Source: an uncultured Candidatus Poseidoniales archaeon (GTDB lineage Archaea > Thermoplasmatota > Poseidoniia > Poseidoniales > Poseidoniaceae). Taken from it: a DNA stretch of 64,000 nt. A model generated the notes under the pieces. That model searched no databases. It saw only the letters and a list, made by a program, of their open reading frames with translations, and was not told the DNA's origin. The position numbers and the translations under genes were made by a program. The stretch spans positions 24,540-88,539 of the forward strand of contig CACEWA010000001.1 of assembly GCA_902563095.1 (NCBI GenBank), in the 5' to 3' direction. Positions 38,432 to 46,621 of this stretch are shown one piece after another. Numbering within the stretch: the stretch's first letter is position 1; every line of letters begins with the position of its first letter.

Positions 38432-40693
38432 TCACAATGTAATTCCAAATGAAAATGCTGCACTGCCCACGAAAATTAGCCCGCCTACAATGTAACCTAA
38501 AATTGCGCCACCATTCAGTAATGGAAGCCCAGCCTGTGGCCTACCTGATGCCACATAAGTCATCAGAACGAGATAACCAATCAATCCACCTATCAGTGCA
38601 GATATGCCTACTGCTAAACCGCTATCAGAAATGTAGTTGACACAAGAAATCACCAACATTCCGGGGAAAATTACGTCTCCAAGACCCATGAACATGGCTT
38701 CCTTAGGCTTCTTTCGCTTTACGACCTGCTTAGGACTGGATTCTGCTGTACTTTCTGCAGGAGCATCGCTCTGTTGCTCAGGCGGACGAATTGAATCCTT
38801 TTCATCAAGCATTGAGTAACCGCTTTCTTGAGGTGCTACTAGCAATATTGGTAGATTTAGACCAATCATTGTATCTGCAAGGTCTAACATGTGCTTTGAG
38901 CGATAGACTGCCCATGCATCATATACTGCAGCTAAAACCATGAAAATTACAATCAGTGTAGGAACGAATGTTACTCCTAGCATGACGATTACACCGGCTC
39001 CAACCAATACTCCTACAGTATTGACAATGTACCATTCTGGACGAATCATAAGAGCAGTCATTAGCAAGACTGCAAGACCAATTCCGACTAGGAATGCTGT
39101 ATCATCCCACTGAATTCCATAGATATTGTACATTGTATCGGGGTTGAACTGACCACTTTCTACAACGAACATTTCCATTGTATTATTATTCGAATCTTGA
39201 TATTCTGAAGTTCGTGTTGTTTTGATGTCATAACCATCGATGAACATAATTGAATCAGAACCTAACTCTACATTAATAGTGACATACTCTATCAGTGAAT
39301 CATAGAATAGGCCGTGAATTCCATCACCATCGGCAATCCATAACTCATCACCATCATGAGCGTCCAGATCGAAGTTTGCGATGTATGCAATTGGCCCTTG
39401 GAAGGAGTCGCCCCCTCGGAATCTATCTTCCTCTTCGAAAATCTCATCAACCTCTTCATCGATAATCTCTGCATCTATTGCTCCATTTTCAAATCCTGCC
39501 ATCACTAATTCTTGTGATTCATTCCAAGGGTTGGTTACCACATTGAATGCCGAAATCAAATTATTTGTTTCAGGAATCAGAATCCATTCAAGACTACAAC
39601 CGTCAGCCCAATTTCCAGGCTTCGGCCCCTGATCCATATAAGGGCTAGATGATTGTTCCAATTCAATCATAGCTGCACCGTATGGAGTCGCCACTAGCAA
39701 ACTATCTGAATCATATTGCCGGCTCATTAGAACCTCGCCATTCATTTGTAATTGGGGGTAAGACCATTCAGCAACATTGCGATGAATTTCGACATCATCC
39801 ATCTGATCTGACTCGATAAAGGAATTTGCAAAGGTCTCGGACCTGACTATTGTATTCGTAGCGGTCAAAATATACAGCGCACCTTTCCTTTGCCCAGTTT
39901 CTGCTTCAGCGTCTTCAATGACTTCTAAGGCTGAAACGCACGGTCCAATCTCTGCAATTTCAGTAGCATTAACCAGTGTACCATCCCAATTTTCGAATTC
40001 AAAACAAGCGTACTTGCTCAAAATTTCGCCGCTGTCTTTGTCTAAAGTCCAGATCCATGCATTGTTGTTGACTGTGTAGCCATAATCACCTTCGATTACT
40101 GCAAACTGGTCGGGAACCCCTGGATATGAATCCAACTCAACAGACCATTGAGATGTAGCATTAGACGATTTCTTGGAAACTATCAACGAATGTTCAGATG
40201 GATCATCGCCATAAATCACTTTGTGAGTAATTATCGAACCGTCGCTGTTAACAGCGAGTAAATTCTCTTCCACATCCTCAAAATCTGTAAATTCAAAGGC
40301 CTCGGTTTCTATTTCAGGAACCAATAGAATGTGTGCCCCTGGAACGGTAGTATAGCAAAGAGCAAGGAATAAAACGAACAGAATTCCATACTTGATGAAA
40401 TGTTGCAGGTGATTCTTTGCTAACCACAAAATCATGAAAGTAAATGCAAAAATAGCAATCAATTCAAGAACAATCCAGCGAACTTCTGTAGATCCCGATT
40501 CACCAAATGCTTGTAATCCTGCAGCATCAAACCAAGGCTGCAACCATATACCTATGAAAATGGTAATCACGAACATGAACGCCATTCCAATCATGCCCGG
40601 AGCCTGCTCAATCATATTGGAAAGAAGGCTGTCTTCTTTGGCCAATTCACGTTCGACGCGCTTGACATGGTCTGTAGATGAAGACTCTCCCAT
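38432..40693 (-). CDS. Presenilin/SPP-like GxGD intramembrane aspartyl protease with large inserted domain
   Basis: AVYDAWAV (YD), MGLGDVIFPG (GxGD), QAGLPLLN (PAL-equivalent). Confidence 0.9.
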   Translation of the reverse strand: MGESSSTDHVKRVERELAKEDSLLSNMIEQAPGMIGMAFMFVITIFIGIWLQPWFDAAGLQAFGESGSTEVRWIVLELIAIFAFTFMILWLAKNHLQHFIKYGILFVLFLALCYTTVPGAHILLVPEIETEAFEFTDFEDVEENLLAVNSDGSIITHKVIYGDDPSEHSLIVSKKSSNATSQWSVELDSYPGVPDQFAVIEGDYGYTVNNNAWIWTLDKDSGEILSKYACFEFENWDGTLVNATEIAEIGPCVSALEVIEDAEAETGQRKGALYILTATNTIVRSETFANSFIESDQMDDVEIHRNVAEWSYPQLQMNGEVLMSRQYDSDSLLVATPYGAAMIELEQSSSPYMDQGPKPGNWADGCSLEWILIPETNNLISAFNVVTNPWNESQELVMAGFENGAIDAEIIDEEVDEIFEEEDRFRGGDSFQGPIAYIANFDLDAHDGDELWIADGDGIHGLFYDSLIEYVTINVELGSDSIMFIDGYDIKTTRTSEYQDSNNNTMEMFVVESGQFNPDTMYNIYGIQWDDTAFLVGIGLAVLLMTALMIRPEWYIVNTVGVLVGAGVIVMLGVTFVPTLIVIFMVLAAVYDAWAVYRSKHMLDLADTMIGLNLPILLVAPQESGYSMLDEKDSIRPPEQQSDAPAESTAESSPKQVVKRKKPKEAMFMGLGDVIFPGMLVISCVNYISDSGLAVGISALIGGLIGYLVLMTYVASGRPQAGLPLLNGGAILGYIVGGLIFVGSAAFSFGITL

Positions 40694-40739
40694 GCTTTAC
40701 ACCGAGAGTGAGGGTGGTTTTCTAATCATTGGATGGTCT

Positions 40740-40754
40740 GGCCCCTACGGGGCC
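40740..40754. repeat. Hairpin GGCCCC-TAC-GGGGCC one base before the probable folC ATG
   Basis: Perfect 6-bp inverted repeat followed by aATG (40756). Confidence 0.7.
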
Positions 40755-40755
40755 A

Positions 40756-41889
40756 ATGACCGATAATACTGTTCGAGAGTGGTTGCAGGCCTCTAAATCA
40801 AAAGGGATGTCGCTTGGATTATCTAGAGTAAACGCAGCACTGGAAGCCCTTGGGCGCCCCGATAAAGAAATGGATTGTATCCATGTTGCCGGCTCAAATG
40901 GTAAAGGAAGTACGTGTGCACAACTCGTAGCCGGCTTAATTCGGGCAGGTTATCATGTAGGACTGTTCTCTTCGCCTCATTTGATTAGTATTGAAGAACG
41001 AGTTAGAGTTGATGGCAAGGCGATCTCAAAGGATGATTTTGATGCCGCATTACAACAAATTAGGGACCTTGATTGTGAACTAACTTTTTTCGAAATAACA
41101 TACCTTACTTCTCTAATCGCTTGTAGAGATGCGGGAGTGTCGATAATGGTTCTAGAGACAGGGTTAGGTGGCCGACTTGATGCAACTAGATCGGCTGAAG
41201 TTGTGGCCTGCCTTGTCACTTCAATCAGTTTGGAGCACAGTGATATCTTGGGAGATACTATCGAAAAAGTCGCTAGAGAAAAGGCAGCAATATGGAGGCC
41301 AGGAATCCCCATGCTAATTCGAGATCCTGGAAATGCACGAGTTCGCAATGCCATGCGTGATGAAGCGATTAGTGCTAGATTCTATTCTCCCGAACCATCT
41401 ACATTCATGGATGAAGCCGGTGATTTAGCAGAAATGTTGTGTTCAATGATCGGTTATTCCTTCATTCGCAGACCCATTTCATGGCCTGCAAGAATGCAAT
41501 ACATACCAGGTGAGCAGAACTACCTACTCGAAGCAGCTCACAACCCAAGTGGAATGAGAAGAGCAATTCCCGAAATTGCTACAATCCTACCCGAGAGGTG
41601 GTCGCTTTTACTCGGAACCTCTCCTCAACAAGACATGGATGCGTTCCTGGCCCCTATCTATGAATTGATGAGAGCAGTTCCACCTGTTGAAGTGATAACA
41701 ACCGAGCCACAAAACGGGAGATACCCGGGGGTTGAAAACCCTCTTAATGGAGTGAAGCATATCGAAAAACCGGATACTGCTTTAGATTCATTCTCTGAAA
41801 AATCGGACCTCATAGTCGTAATCGGATCACTATATCTATGCGGAAATATACTCTCTCATCTAGGCCTTAATGCCGACATAGTTTATTGA
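40756..41889 (+). CDS. folC: Folylpolyglutamate synthase/dihydrofolate synthase
   Basis: IHVAGSNGKGS, GLFSSPHL..EER, LTFFE, LETGLGGRLDAT, ITSISLEH-like motif, EKAAI; alternative start 40729. Confidence 0.9.
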   Translation: MTDNTVREWLQASKSKGMSLGLSRVNAALEALGRPDKEMDCIHVAGSNGKGSTCAQLVAGLIRAGYHVGLFSSPHLISIEERVRVDGKAISKDDFDAALQQIRDLDCELTFFEITYLTSLIACRDAGVSIMVLETGLGGRLDATRSAEVVACLVTSISLEHSDILGDTIEKVAREKAAIWRPGIPMLIRDPGNARVRNAMRDEAISARFYSPEPSTFMDEAGDLAEMLCSMIGYSFIRRPISWPARMQYIPGEQNYLLEAAHNPSGMRRAIPEIATILPERWSLLLGTSPQQDMDAFLAPIYELMRAVPPVEVITTEPQNGRYPGVENPLNGVKHIEKPDTALDSFSEKSDLIVVIGSLYLCGNILSHLGLNADIVY

Positions 41890-41923
41890 ATGGGGAACCA
41901 ATCAGTTCGTTTGGGGCGGCTCT

Positions 41924-42361
41924 ATGAGTAACAAATGGGACCATCGATTCATCGAGTTAGCAAACCACATTGCGAAATGGAGTAAAGACCCTTCAACCAA
42001 AGTCGGTTGTGTTATCGTAGGAGAGGACCGTGAAATTCGTTCAACTGGATTTAATGGGTTTCCAAGAGGCATAAATGATGACGAGGAAAGGTTGAGTAAT
42101 CGTGAACTAAAGTACCCGTTAATCTGCCATGCGGAAGAGAATGCAATTATGCACGCCGCAAGGATTGGAGTTTCACTCAAAGGAAGTACTGCGTACGTAA
42201 CTTGGCCCCCTTGTTCAAGATGTGCTAGGTCATTAATTCAAGCAGGAATAAGAGAAGTTGTATATTATGGAGATGTTGAAATTCCAGAAAGGTGGGTTGA
42301 TGACTTCAATGTGTCTTCGAGTATGTTTGCTGAAGCCGGAGTTGGCGTTCGCAAAATTTGA
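41924..42361 (+). CDS. dCMP deaminase
   Basis: SKDPSTKVGC, GFNGFPRG, HAEENA, PCSRC zinc motif. Confidence 0.92.
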   Translation: MSNKWDHRFIELANHIAKWSKDPSTKVGCVIVGEDREIRSTGFNGFPRGINDDEERLSNRELKYPLICHAEENAIMHAARIGVSLKGSTAYVTWPPCSRCARSLIQAGIREVVYYGDVEIPERWVDDFNVSSSMFAEAGVGVRKI

Positions 42362-42430
42362 GCCGTAATTCATGTTTTTCTAAAGCGCAATACCGGTGCG
42401 TTCAAATGGAAAGTTTGCTAGTTTGACTCT

Positions 42431-43570
42431 ATGCGAGGGCATGTTTTGTTGGTGTCCTTGATTCTGCTTCTATCGCCGGGTTGCACCTATTTTGACGAAA
42501 TTTCTGGCGAAGAAAATGTAGATGCAACTCAGCAAATTGACCCAATTTTTGGATGTACTGACTCTGAAGCCAACAATTACAACTCAAGCGCAACCGAAGA
42601 TGATGGCTCGTGTGAATATGATGAACCGGAGCCCGAACCTGAACCTATTTTGGGTTGTACGGATTCTGATGCGATGAACTATGATTCAAATGCAACTGAA
42701 GATGATGGATCATGCAAGTATATGGAAACGATTCCATGCAATGGTTTAGTCATACTTTGCCACAGAACTTACGACCAAGTGACATTCCCTGAAACTCACA
42801 ATTCCTACTCAACACACGAAGATAACATCTACTATCCTGCAAGCAATCATAGAACCGGATTCCAAGCACAATGGAATGCAGGCATGAGGGCATTCATGCT
42901 AGACACTCATTACCTTACAACAGCAGACCAAAGCGCATCAAATGTACGATTTTGCCATGGCGATTCAGATAGAGGATTCAGCCCCTGTACCTACGGAGCT
43001 GTTGACCCTTGGAACTGGTTGAGCAATCTAGAATCGGAAATGAATAGTGAAGAAAGAGACATTGTCACTTTACTGATTGAAAATTATGTTGAGCCCGACC
43101 ATTTGAAGGAGATATTCGATGATGTGGGACTGTCAGAAATGATGTATGTCCATGAAATGAATTCCGAATGGCCCACCCTGATTGATATGATCAACATGGA
43201 CAAGCGCCTTGTTGTTTTCTGGGAGCAATCGGGTGATTCTGAACATCCTTATTTCCATGATTTCCTAACGCATAGCTGGACCACAAATTATGCTGATGAT
43301 GATACATCTTCAATGGACTGTGAGAAGTTAAGAGGCGATGTCAACCAACCTGTGTACCACATGAATAATTGGTTGAAAAATCAAGCAGGATTGTCAGATC
43401 CAAACCGCGCTAGTGAAGCGAATGATGTTGATTTCATGGTTGAACGCGCAATCGAATGTATCGAACTTCATCAAAAGCGCCCCACCTTCATTGCTGTTGA
43501 TTGGTGGGAGGAAGGAGATGTAGTTGAAGCGGTTGAAAGGGTTAACCTGATGGAACTAGATTCTGACTAA
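42431..43570 (+). CDS. Lipoprotein with GCTD repeats and PI-PLC X-domain-like phosphodiesterase
   Basis: LSPGC lipobox-like; THNSYS, MLDTH, FCHG, LLIENY, WPTL.DM...KRLVVF, PTFIAVDW. Confidence 0.8.
   Translation: MRGHVLLVSLILLLSPGCTYFDEISGEENVDATQQIDPIFGCTDSEANNYNSSATEDDGSCEYDEPEPEPEPILGCTDSDAMNYDSNATEDDGSCKYMETIPCNGLVILCHRTYDQVTFPETHNSYSTHEDNIYYPASNHRTGFQAQWNAGMRAFMLDTHYLTTADQSASNVRFCHGDSDRGFSPCTYGAVDPWNWLSNLESEMNSEERDIVTLLIENYVEPDHLKEIFDDVGLSEMMYVHEMNSEWPTLIDMINMDKRLVVFWEQSGDSEHPYFHDFLTHSWTTNYADDDTSSMDCEKLRGDVNQPVYHMNNWLKNQAGLSDPNRASEANDVDFMVERAIECIELHQKRPTFIAVDWWEEGDVVEAVERVNLMELDSD
42550..42720 (+). repeat. Two GCTDSxAxNYxSxATEDDGSC repeats separated by a Pro-Glu linker
   Basis: Direct repeat visible in both protein and DNA. 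Confidence 0.9.
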
Positions 43571-46500
43571 CCCCAGAATCGCCGTGTCCTAGCATACTCT
43601 ATTTCTGCAATATGAATCGCTTCTAACAAAGCCTCCTTATCTCCGCGCTGAACCTTACGCATCAGCCTTTGACAAGTTGCCTCTCCAACTCCTCTACCCA
43701 TCAATGCAAGTATGGCGTCCATTCCTCTATTTGCAACAGTCTGAGCATTTTTCATCATCCGGTCTCGAGTTTTTTCATCATCTGATTTTACCCATTCAAT
43801 CAGTTGCTTTTCTAAGCCTTCACGTGCGCAAGCCAACATATGTCCACCGCAACTCAAGCACTTTTTACCATCCGACATTTCAGGATATCTTGCAACCCTG
43901 AATCTTCGTATTGAATGGCATTTTAAGCAACACAGAACCGCTCTCTCGTTCATCAATCGGCCCTCAAGTCTAGCACGGACTTGTTGATTGTCAAAATTTG
44001 GGAGAAGTAGGTCTTTTTCCGAGCGACTAGAGATACCTAGAGGCCCCATTGCAGTTACTTCTAAACTAATCAATCCGGATTGCAATGCCCGCATTATATC
44101 GCTAGCACCATTGACATCCATTCTCTCATGAAATAATTTTGACAACACTTCTTCAAGAACTGGTGTGCCTCTATACTTCTTCAACAATGCTTGGATGTTG
44201 ATTTTTCTTGGATCCACTCCGTGTCGCAAAATTCCGAAAATTTTGGCTATTTGTGCGAAGCGCCATCTAACTTCTCTAGAATTTGGAAGAGTTACTGACA
44301 AGACGCCTTCCAATGCTTCAGGAGGAGTATCGCATAACCATTCGATAATCTCCCTAGGAGCAACCCCGCCTACCTGTAGTGAAATTCTACACGGTTCAAC
44401 GACTAATCTACCCCACTTACCTGTACGGGTACTTGCCATCGCTAACAGATAGTGTCCAAGAGCTTCATTTATTCGGTTCCCCTGACATGAATTGATTACC
44501 AAAGCCTCGTCTCTATCTTCGATTGTAATCAAACGCTCGCTAGGAATCATTCCTGCTGAGTCAAAATGAGTGGTAATTATCTCTGCGATTATTCCCTTTG
44601 CTTCCCCGTTTAGCGGATAGTCTTCTAATTTTGAATCACCTTTGAGTAATTCTGCAGGATCGATTTCATTCACTTTTTCATCTTCCATTAGGCCTAAGTC
44701 AATAGCAAACAAACGACGTAATCGACCTGCTTCTCTCGCTACTTCGGCTGGAGTTGGAGGTAATTCTCCCACCCATTGAGGAGCATGCCCTTGGTCGGAA
44801 ACGGGAGCCACTAGCAGTTCATTTTGCTCAGGGTCTGCATCTACGACAATCCAGGTTCTACCTGCCATAACGAATCTTCTTTGAGTTCCATCTTGGTCTT
44901 CACCGCCATCATTCAATGATAGCACGAATGCTTCGTCTACATTACCAAGTTGCTTTCGAGTAACAGCATCTCGCACCCTATACGATTGTTTATCTGGAAT
45001 CATCGAAAGGTGCCTGCTTACCCATTCTCGTGTCCTTCCTGAGCGACTCAGCCAACCCTTAGCGAACTTGGGTGGTACATCGAATGACAATTTTGCCAAA
45101 TCCTCGCTGGGTTCTTCATCGTAAGCGAGTTTGGGTTGTTCAGGAAGTGGTTTTTTGTGATTTTTTTGGAATTCCTGCCACACATCATGTGGCCAGCGAT
45201 ACCAAGGAACAGTAGTTGGATCTTCTACGCATCTTACAACCCACCTATCAGCAAGAATATTACCAATAGAAATTGTATCTTCTCGTGACCATCCTTCGAA
45301 TTGATATGCACCAGATATCGCTTGTGAAACCGTATCGATTGGGAGTGCGCCGTGACTGTGTACCATCATTACAATTTGATTTGCTGCTACAGAAAGAGGA
45401 CGGTCTCTCCATTCTACTGCTTCGATTTCTCCAGCTATCGCTTTGCGCGCGATAACTGCAGACTCGAATATATCATCACTTTCCCATGACAAAAGGTGTC
45501 CTCGACCTATTCCTCCCAACCGGTGATCTGCTCTACCGACTCTTTGCAACATCCTATCTACAGAACGAGGGGAGCGTATCTGCACTACATGATTGACACT
45601 ACCAACATCAATTCCCAACTCTAAACTCGAAGTACAAACCAAGCCCTGCAAATTCCCTTCACGGAGGTCATTTTCCATTTGCGTTCTAGTTTCCTTCGCA
45701 AGAGACCCATGATGGACGCCAATCGATAGTTCTGGAGCAATGGCTGTCAATCGTTGAGAAACTGTTTCGGCACTATTCCTCGAATTTACGAAAATTAAGC
45801 AAGGGAACTTGTTAGCAACGATATCCGCAAGTCCTCTCAATGTTGCGTGCGCTCTTGGAGAAATTGCCAATTCTAGTGAACCAATTTCATCTTCAGGTAG
45901 TTGAATGACCGCATCTACAGAAAGCTCTGTAGAACGTGGAGCGACCGCATTAATCGCTTCAGCATCTTTGGACAACCACTTCGCTACTTGGTCAGGATTT
46001 CCCACCGTTGCTGAAAGACCAATTTTCTGAACCTGTCTGCCAATGAATGATTCCAAACGTGAAATCCCAACCGAGAGTTGCCAGCCTCTTTCTCCATCAG
46101 CCATTTCGTGAACTTCATCGATTACAACCGCCTGAACACTCTTGAGTAATTCTCTCAGTTTTGAGCCTGTGAACATAAGTTGGAATGTTTCTGGGGTTGT
46201 GATCATCACATTCGGTGGATTTCTGACCTGTTTGGTTCTTTCCGATTGAGTTGTATCTCCATGTCTGAGGCCGAGGCGTAACCCTACTGCGGAAGTAATT
46301 TCATCCAATCGCCTATCTACGTCTCGGTTTAATGCACGCAGTGGAGTGATGTAGAGAATTGACATACCCTGCCATTTTTGTTTTAGGCATCTGTCCAATA
46401 ATGGAAGCATTGCAGCCATTGTTTTCCCGGAACCAGTCGGAGCGATTACCAACCTGTCTCCACCGGATGAAATTGCATTTTGAGTTACTTCTTGAACCGG

Positions 46501-46575
46501 CGTTGGTGTCCATTTCCTCTCTTCAAGAGCCTTCTGGAGACTCTCGTCGAGTTTAGAGAATACACCCTCGGCCAT
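43567..46575 (-). CDS. lhr: Archaeal Lhr-type SF2 helicase
   Basis: APTGSGKT, ITPLRALNRD, TTPET, DEVH, HHGSL, TSSLELGID, QRVGRA; C-terminal Cys cluster and YARTRRFW end. Confidence 0.92.
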   Translation of the reverse strand: MAEGVFSKLDESLQKALEERKWTPTPVQEVTQNAISSGGDRLVIAPTGSGKTMAAMLPLLDRCLKQKWQGMSILYITPLRALNRDVDRRLDEITSAVGLRLGLRHGDTTQSERTKQVRNPPNVMITTPETFQLMFTGSKLRELLKSVQAVVIDEVHEMADGERGWQLSVGISRLESFIGRQVQKIGLSATVGNPDQVAKWLSKDAEAINAVAPRSTELSVDAVIQLPEDEIGSLELAISPRAHATLRGLADIVANKFPCLIFVNSRNSAETVSQRLTAIAPELSIGVHHGSLAKETRTQMENDLREGNLQGLVCTSSLELGIDVGSVNHVVQIRSPRSVDRMLQRVGRADHRLGGIGRGHLLSWESDDIFESAVIARKAIAGEIEAVEWRDRPLSVAANQIVMMVHSHGALPIDTVSQAISGAYQFEGWSREDTISIGNILADRWVVRCVEDPTTVPWYRWPHDVWQEFQKNHKKPLPEQPKLAYDEEPSEDLAKLSFDVPPKFAKGWLSRSGRTREWVSRHLSMIPDKQSYRVRDAVTRKQLGNVDEAFVLSLNDGGEDQDGTQRRFVMAGRTWIVVDADPEQNELLVAPVSDQGHAPQWVGELPPTPAEVAREAGRLRRLFAIDLGLMEDEKVNEIDPAELLKGDSKLEDYPLNGEAKGIIAEIITTHFDSAGMIPSERLITIEDRDEALVINSCQGNRINEALGHYLLAMASTRTGKWGRLVVEPCRISLQVGGVAPREIIEWLCDTPPEALEGVLSVTLPNSREVRWRFAQIAKIFGILRHGVDPRKINIQALLKKYRGTPVLEEVLSKLFHERMDVNGASDIMRALQSGLISLEVTAMGPLGISSRSEKDLLLPNFDNQQVRARLEGRLMNERAVLCCLKCHSIRRFRVARYPEMSDGKKCLSCGGHMLACAREGLEKQLIEWVKSDDEKTRDRMMKNAQTVANRGMDAILALMGRGVGEATCQRLMRKVQRGDKEALLEAIHIAEIEYARTRRFWG

Positions 46576-46621
46576 GATTGCTGGGCGAAGTCACTGGTTC
46601 AAGAGGGCAACGATTTGAAAA

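Noticed and set aside
6120-40754. Classical GTAG-REP / RAYT elements or MITEs
   Set aside because: The GTAG/CTAC is in the loop rather than 5' of the stem, stems differ between copies, and no transposase or target-site duplication is seen
43905-43935. CLKCH (CxxCH) heme-binding motif as a CcmF substrate
   Set aside because: It lies in the C-terminal Cys/Zn cluster of the cytoplasmic Lhr helicase, which has no export signal
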